A stretch of 64,000 bases of DNA from NCBI GenBank assembly GCA_910584255.1, contig CAJTXV010000001.1:81318-145317 (forward strand), read 5' to 3'. The notes beneath the pieces are model-generated. The model did not search any database, had not been told where the DNA came from, and was given only the letters and a program-made list of their open reading frames with translations. This DNA is from an uncultured Bacilli bacterium. GTDB lineage: Bacteria; Bacillota_I; Bacilli_A; RF39; UBA660. Made by a program: the position numbers and the translations under genes. The stretch's first letter is position 1, and the number at the start of each line of letters is the position of its first letter. Below are positions 59,225 through 64,000 of the stretch, piece by piece.

Positions 59225-60112
59225 TTAAAACAACGCTATCTGTTCGTTATTTTTTATTTCTTTTTTATACGCCTTAACGATGTCTTTCATATCATATAAG
59301 ATTCCATATCTAACACATTCATCAGTAAATACTTTATATAATTTTTTATAATTTGGTACTATGCAATTATATTTATCTCCATAATATTTAATATATTTTT
59401 CTTTAATTCCAACAAAATGCTGATCCAGTTTATCCAAGTAGTAATCTCTCTGATTTTCTCTTAATGTCATACCCATATAAGTATGAATGAATTTAGCACC
59501 ATTTTCGTATGCAAGTCTAACTAACTCTTTTATATCTTCTTCTTTGTCAGTAATAAAAGGTAACATTGGATTCATCATAATACCAGCAAAAATACCATTA
59601 TCACTTAATGTTTTAATTGTTTGGAATCTTTTTGAAGATATACACACATTTGGCTCTATTATTTTTGATAATTCATCATTTGGAGTTGTTATAGTAAACT
59701 TAATAATAACATTATTCTTTGAATTTATTTCTTTTAGTAAATCTATATCTCTCAAAATCAAATCACTTTTAGTATCAATAGAAACACCAAAGCCATACTT
59801 TGATATAAGTTTTAATGCACCTCTTGTCTGTTCATACTCTTTTTCTAATGGATTATAGGTATCAGACATAGCACCAATACCAACAATACCTTTTTCTCGC
59901 TTTTTAGATAATTCATGCTCTAAAATATACAGGGCATTTTCTTTTCCTCTAACTAGATCAAAATTATCTATGTGATAACAGTTACTTCTACTATCACAAT
60001 AAATACATCTATGAGAACATCCTCTATATAAATTTATATTATAATCAATACCATACCATTCATTACCATATTTTACTTTTGAAAGTATAGTTTTTGCTTT
60101 TATAAATTCCAT
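59225..60112 (-). CDS. Radical-SAM protein of the SplB/DNA-repair-photolyase family
   Basis: LYRGCSHRCIYCDSRS (CxxxCxxC). Confidence 0.65.
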   Translation of the reverse strand: MEFIKAKTILSKVKYGNEWYGIDYNINLYRGCSHRCIYCDSRSNCYHIDNFDLVRGKENALYILEHELSKKREKGIVGIGAMSDTYNPLEKEYEQTRGALKLISKYGFGVSIDTKSDLILRDIDLLKEINSKNNVIIKFTITTPNDELSKIIEPNVCISSKRFQTIKTLSDNGIFAGIMMNPMLPFITDKEEDIKELVRLAYENGAKFIHTYMGMTLRENQRDYYLDKLDQHFVGIKEKYIKYYGDKYNCIVPNYKKLYKVFTDECVRYGILYDMKDIVKAYKKEIKNNEQIALF

Positions 60113-60113
60113 T

Positions 60114-60860
60114 TTAATCCTTTATCAATTTCTCAAATGAGTTTGCATTTAATATAGTATTTGAAACGAATTCTCCATTATAAAAATTTGCCCAATTATT
60201 AAATATACAAGGTGCGTTTTTTGCTTTCTCTAAAGAATCAATTTTGATAAAATTTATTTTAATATTATGTTCTTTTGCGTAATCTGATAGTTCTTTTACT
60301 TCATATTCTACATAAGGACATTCATTACTATAAAAGATAGTAAAATCTTTATTATCTATTTTCATATTTCTTGCACTATCATTAAATCTAGGTGTTTCAT
60401 TATCATCAAACTGTAATGCTAATAATTCATAATCTCCAATAGTATCCACAACTTTAAAACCATAATGCTCAAAGAATTTCTTTTCCCCAATAAATGGTTT
60501 CTTCTTTTTTGAAGTTAAAGTACATATACCACTCATCCCTTTTTCTTTAGAATCAGTTATTGCATATTCCAACAATTCTTTTGCAATACCTTTCCCCTTA
60601 AAACTACCTGCTACCCATAAACAATAAATATACTCATAATTCTTTCCAATAATTGGAATCCAAGCTGTTTCTATTGGTTCATACTCAATAAAAATTTTAC
60701 CTCTGGCATTTAATTTTCTAAATACATGTCCATCTTTAAGTTTACTTTTAATCCATTCTTTTTTACTATCAACACCAATTTGATGTTTAGGATCACCAAT
60801 AGCACAACATATATGTTCCTTATCTATATTTTCTAATGTTAAATTTACATATTCATTCAT
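60114..60860 (-). CDS. GNAT-family N-acetyltransferase (YoaP-like two-domain)
   Basis: WVAGSFKGKGIAKELLEYAI, the acetyl-CoA binding motif. Confidence 0.6.
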   Translation of the reverse strand: MNEYVNLTLENIDKEHICCAIGDPKHQIGVDSKKEWIKSKLKDGHVFRKLNARGKIFIEYEPIETAWIPIIGKNYEYIYCLWVAGSFKGKGIAKELLEYAITDSKEKGMSGICTLTSKKKKPFIGEKKFFEHYGFKVVDTIGDYELLALQFDDNETPRFNDSARNMKIDNKDFTIFYSNECPYVEYEVKELSDYAKEHNIKINFIKIDSLEKAKNAPCIFNNWANFYNGEFVSNTILNANSFEKLIKD

Positions 60861-60861
60861 T

Positions 60862-61434
60862 TTATTTTACTCCTTCTAATGATTTTATGCCATTCATAAT
60901 TATTTCTAATGATAAATCAAAACTTTCCTTAATTGATATAGGATTTCCAAAAGCATTATTATTTACAAGTAAAGAAAATCCCTCTAAAAAACCTCTTAAT
61001 GTTCTTATAATATGATTTATATTATATTCACTAATATCTAAAGACTGCATTACTTTAAATAACATATTAAATAATCTTGTAGTAGCATTTTCTTTTTGGA
61101 CGTTTTCATATTTGTTATACCAAAGCATAGCAGTAAAAACGCCTTTGTTATTTGTAGAATAATCATAAAAAGCATAACACATATTCTTCAAAGCCTCGTA
61201 TCCAGACACACCAACGGCAGAATCAAGCATTTTTTCTTCCATTTGCTTCCAACCATAAATCATAAGCCTTTGTTTTATTTCATCAAGACTTGTTATATGA
61301 TTATACAAAGATGGTGATTTAATATTTAATTCTTCAGCAATGATTTTAAGTGACAAATTATCTAGCCCAACTTTGTTTGCAATACAAGCAGAAGTTTCAA
61401 TAATAAGTTCATCACTAATATTATTTTTTGCCAT
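60862..61434 (-). CDS. TetR-family transcriptional regulator
   Basis: LSLKIIAEELNIKSPSLYNHITSLDEIK. Confidence 0.75.
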   Translation of the reverse strand: MAKNNISDELIIETSACIANKVGLDNLSLKIIAEELNIKSPSLYNHITSLDEIKQRLMIYGWKQMEEKMLDSAVGVSGYEALKNMCYAFYDYSTNNKGVFTAMLWYNKYENVQKENATTRLFNMLFKVMQSLDISEYNINHIIRTLRGFLEGFSLLVNNNAFGNPISIKESFDLSLEIIMNGIKSLEGVK

Positions 61435-61552
61435 ACTTTCCTCCTAAACTAATTATATTATTATATTAACTAATTAGATTAGTTTTGTCAATAGTAAAAA
61501 AGAAATTATAAAAATAATCTCTTTTTACCTATTGAATTTACATTATTTATGA

Positions 61553-62416
61553 TTATTTTTTCTTAATTGGAATCCATATTTCACAATAATATTTTTCATC
61601 ATCTACTCCATTTTTATAATCTTTAGGATCAGAATACATTTCAATATTATAACCTGCTGCAATTTCAAAGTCATTTGAGTTTGGTAACCATTCTTTAAAT
61701 ATTTTTTCATTTGTTTCTTTAATTGTTATACTTGATTTTCCCACACAAGGAAAAATTATCCAAGTAAATTTTGGTATTTCTATAACTTCAAAATCTTTAG
61801 GAACTTCTAATTCAAAATTATAATCATCTCCAACAATATAATCAAATGAATCACATCCCATGTTTGTATCAATATTAACTGCGTATTTAGCATTAATTTT
61901 ATTAAATGCACTTTTCATAAAAAACTTCTTCCAAATTTTTGGCACATCTTGATATGCAGTTTCATATTTGAAACTATCTCTTAACCCAACAACTTTAAAT
62001 GCTTCTTTTTCCACAATTTTATACTCCATAGTATAACCACCTTTCAATGTTACATTTATTTTTAAAGGTGCAAATTCTTTTATGTTTCCACCTTTACGAA
62101 CTGATGTTGGAGTTGAACCATGAAATCTAGTGAAAGCCTTTGTAAAACTATCTGGAGAATCATATCCATACTTAATTGCTATATCAATAATTCTTTCATT
62201 AGTTGATAATAAATCACTTGCTGCAAGTGATAATCTTCTATTTCTAATATATTCACTTATAGAATAACCACAAATAATCGCAAATCCCTTTTGAAAATAA
62301 AATGGTGATATATAAGCATAGTTTGATATATCTTCAATAGTAATATCATTTGTTAAATTATTTTCTATAAACTCAATAGCCCTACTAATAGATTCACTCC
62401 AATTCACTATTTTCAC
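61553..62416 (-). CDS. AraC-family regulator with a GyrI-like effector-binding domain
   Basis: Two AraC HTH repeats (ISNYAYISPFYFQKGF...; IAIKYGYDSPDSFTKAFTRFHGSTP) plus an about 150-aa C-terminal domain. Confidence 0.65.
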   Translation of the reverse strand: MKIVNWSESISRAIEFIENNLTNDITIEDISNYAYISPFYFQKGFAIICGYSISEYIRNRRLSLAASDLLSTNERIIDIAIKYGYDSPDSFTKAFTRFHGSTPTSVRKGGNIKEFAPLKINVTLKGGYTMEYKIVEKEAFKVVGLRDSFKYETAYQDVPKIWKKFFMKSAFNKINAKYAVNIDTNMGCDSFDYIVGDDYNFELEVPKDFEVIEIPKFTWIIFPCVGKSSITIKETNEKIFKEWLPNSNDFEIAAGYNIEMYSDPKDYKNGVDDEKYYCEIWIPIKKK

Positions 62417-62540
62417 TCCTTTCAGTTCATAAATAAATTGTAACTTAAAAAGTTTTATTATACCCGATTTTTCTTGCTAAGATCTGTCCATATAATTAAA
62501 AAGCAAATTCAATAATCTGCTCTTTAAATTATAATTTGTG

Positions 62541-63170
62541 CTACTGATTATCTTTCCAGAATCCATAAATTATATTAGAAAGTTCTTTTGGATTATCAAT
62601 GTTAACTTCGTGTGATGAACTACTTATTATTTTAAATTCACTATTTTTTATACTATTATTTAATAATTTAGCACTTTCCATATTCACATTATCCTTAGAT
62701 CCACATACAATTAAACACTTACAGTTTATTTTTTCCAAATCTTTTGCAATATTAAGATTGCTCATTGAATTAACTAAAGTAATAAATTCTCTTTTAGAAC
62801 ATCCCATCTTTTTAAATGTTGCCTTGGGCATTACATGAAATATTATACTTTGCATTTTAAATAGTGCTTTTGGTATTTTATATGGAGTACCAATCAAGAT
62901 AATGGAATTTACTTTTTCAGGATAATCTTTTACAAAGTTTAACGCTAATATTCCACCTAATGATAATCCACATAGATTTACTTTTTCTTTTTGACTATTA
63001 CAAAAATCAGAAAAAGCATTATACATATTTTTATAATTTACTGAAGTATTATCTGTTATTTCAAATAAACTAGGACATATTGTATCAATTCCATTTTTCT
63101 TTAAATAAATAACCGTATTATCCCAACTTTGATTATTCTGTCCTAATCCATGAATTAAAATATTTTTCAT
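62541..63170 (-). CDS. Alpha/beta hydrolase
   Basis: Nucleophile elbow CGLSLGG; HGLGQN near the N-terminus. Confidence 0.6.
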   Translation of the reverse strand: MKNILIHGLGQNNQSWDNTVIYLKKNGIDTICPSLFEITDNTSVNYKNMYNAFSDFCNSQKEKVNLCGLSLGGILALNFVKDYPEKVNSIILIGTPYKIPKALFKMQSIIFHVMPKATFKKMGCSKREFITLVNSMSNLNIAKDLEKINCKCLIVCGSKDNVNMESAKLLNNSIKNSEFKIISSSSHEVNIDNPKELSNIIYGFWKDNQ

Positions 63171-63174
63171 ACTA

Positions 63175-63966
63175 TCAATCCTTTTTATTAAAAAATTGTT
63201 TTAATGCCATATAAGATGCAATTACTATCATAATTACAGAACAAATTACATTAGGTACATTACTATCATTATTAGGAATATCTAATACTTTTGCACAAAA
63301 ATGATTCGTAAATATTGTAACAAACGATAACATAAATAAACTAATAGAAATCTTATAATAAAGGGCAATTTTAGTAAAAGTACATATTAAAATGGAAATC
63401 CACAAAAAGATAAAAACAAATGAGGCAATTAGATAACTCTCTAATAACCAGTTTCCATTATTAACATAATTTATAATAAACAATAATATATAAACTAAAA
63501 TTGTAACAATAGCAGATATTTTACAAAATTTATATTTATTATTTTTAAGATAAACAGGAAGACTTGTTATAGAAAAAGAAATTAAAATTCCTAGCAAAAC
63601 TATTAAAAACCAAGATATTTTATGATCTATTACTAAATTACAAATCAAGCAAGTAATAATTCCTATCAAATAACCAAAGTTTGTTATGTTAAATAACCAT
63701 TTTTTAATAGTTCTATATTTTTGAACTTCTCTTTTTTCTTTAGTCATAGCCTCATCATCACAGGCAGTAAAAAATTCGTGTTCTGATATATTTAATTCCT
63801 TACATAAATTAGTTATAACTGTTATATCTGGATAAGATACTCCTCGTTCCCATTTTGATATTGTTGTGGGAATTACATATAACTTGTTCGCAAGTTCTTC
63901 TTGAGTTAAACCTTTTTCTTTTCTTTTTTCGGCAATATATTTACCAAAATTTCTTTTATCTTGCAT
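63175..63966 (-). CDS. Membrane-anchored XRE-family HTH regulator
   Basis: KGLTQEELANKLYVIPTTISKWERGVSYPDITVITNLCKELNISEHEF followed by five or more TM helices. Confidence 0.6.
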   Translation of the reverse strand: MQDKRNFGKYIAEKRKEKGLTQEELANKLYVIPTTISKWERGVSYPDITVITNLCKELNISEHEFFTACDDEAMTKEKREVQKYRTIKKWLFNITNFGYLIGIITCLICNLVIDHKISWFLIVLLGILISFSITSLPVYLKNNKYKFCKISAIVTILVYILLFIINYVNNGNWLLESYLIASFVFIFLWISILICTFTKIALYYKISISLFMLSFVTIFTNHFCAKVLDIPNNDSNVPNVICSVIMIVIASYMALKQFFNKKD

Positions 63967-64000
63967 AAAATACTTCTCCTTTCAAGAACTATTTTATTAT

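Noticed and set aside
1-64000. CRISPR arrays, rRNA or tRNA genes
   Set aside because: No regularly spaced direct repeats and no rRNA- or tRNA-like conserved stretches were seen. Non-coding gaps are short and AT-rich.

Overview
Low-GC (about 27% GC) Firmicutes/Clostridia-like DNA with nearly every gene on the minus strand. Roughly positions 1-44,900 look like one large conjugative mobile element, either an ICE/conjugative transposon or a plasmid segment. At the left edge is a large serine recombinase whose 3' end runs off the window. It is followed by a sortase, a MOB(P)-type relaxase with MobC and a candidate oriT, and a densely packed array of about 30 small, acidic, mostly uncharacterised ORFs. 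Embedded in that array are ssb, a HAD-family nucleotidase and a degenerate resolvase-like protein. Next comes a Gram-positive type IV secretion module: CHAP cell-wall hydrolase, VirB4 ATPase, VirB3-, VirB6- and pilin-like membrane proteins, VirD4 coupling protein and a zf-CHC2/TOPRIM primase. After that are an orphan DNA methyltransferase overlapping a PAPS-reductase-like gene, a stand-alone HD-GYP phosphodiesterase, and two giant surface proteins, one with Listeria-Bacteroides repeats and one combining CHAP and CnaB-type domains with a sortase signal. Beyond the element lies a divergent IleRS paralog with an altered HIGH motif and no T-box leader. The rest of the window holds accessory and regulatory genes: several XRE-family HTH proteins, a MazF/PemK toxin, a CspA-family protein, a sigma-70 region-4-like regulator, a radical-SAM SplB-like protein, a GNAT, TetR and AraC/GyrI-like regulators, an alpha/beta hydrolase and a CAP-domain protein. 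The most unusual signal is a very short C-terminal acidic tail, E-x-E-x-E-[K/R], shared by many non-homologous proteins across the element. Genes that run off the window edge or lack an ATG/GTG/TTG start are absent from the ORF track and were recovered by reading the sequence directly.
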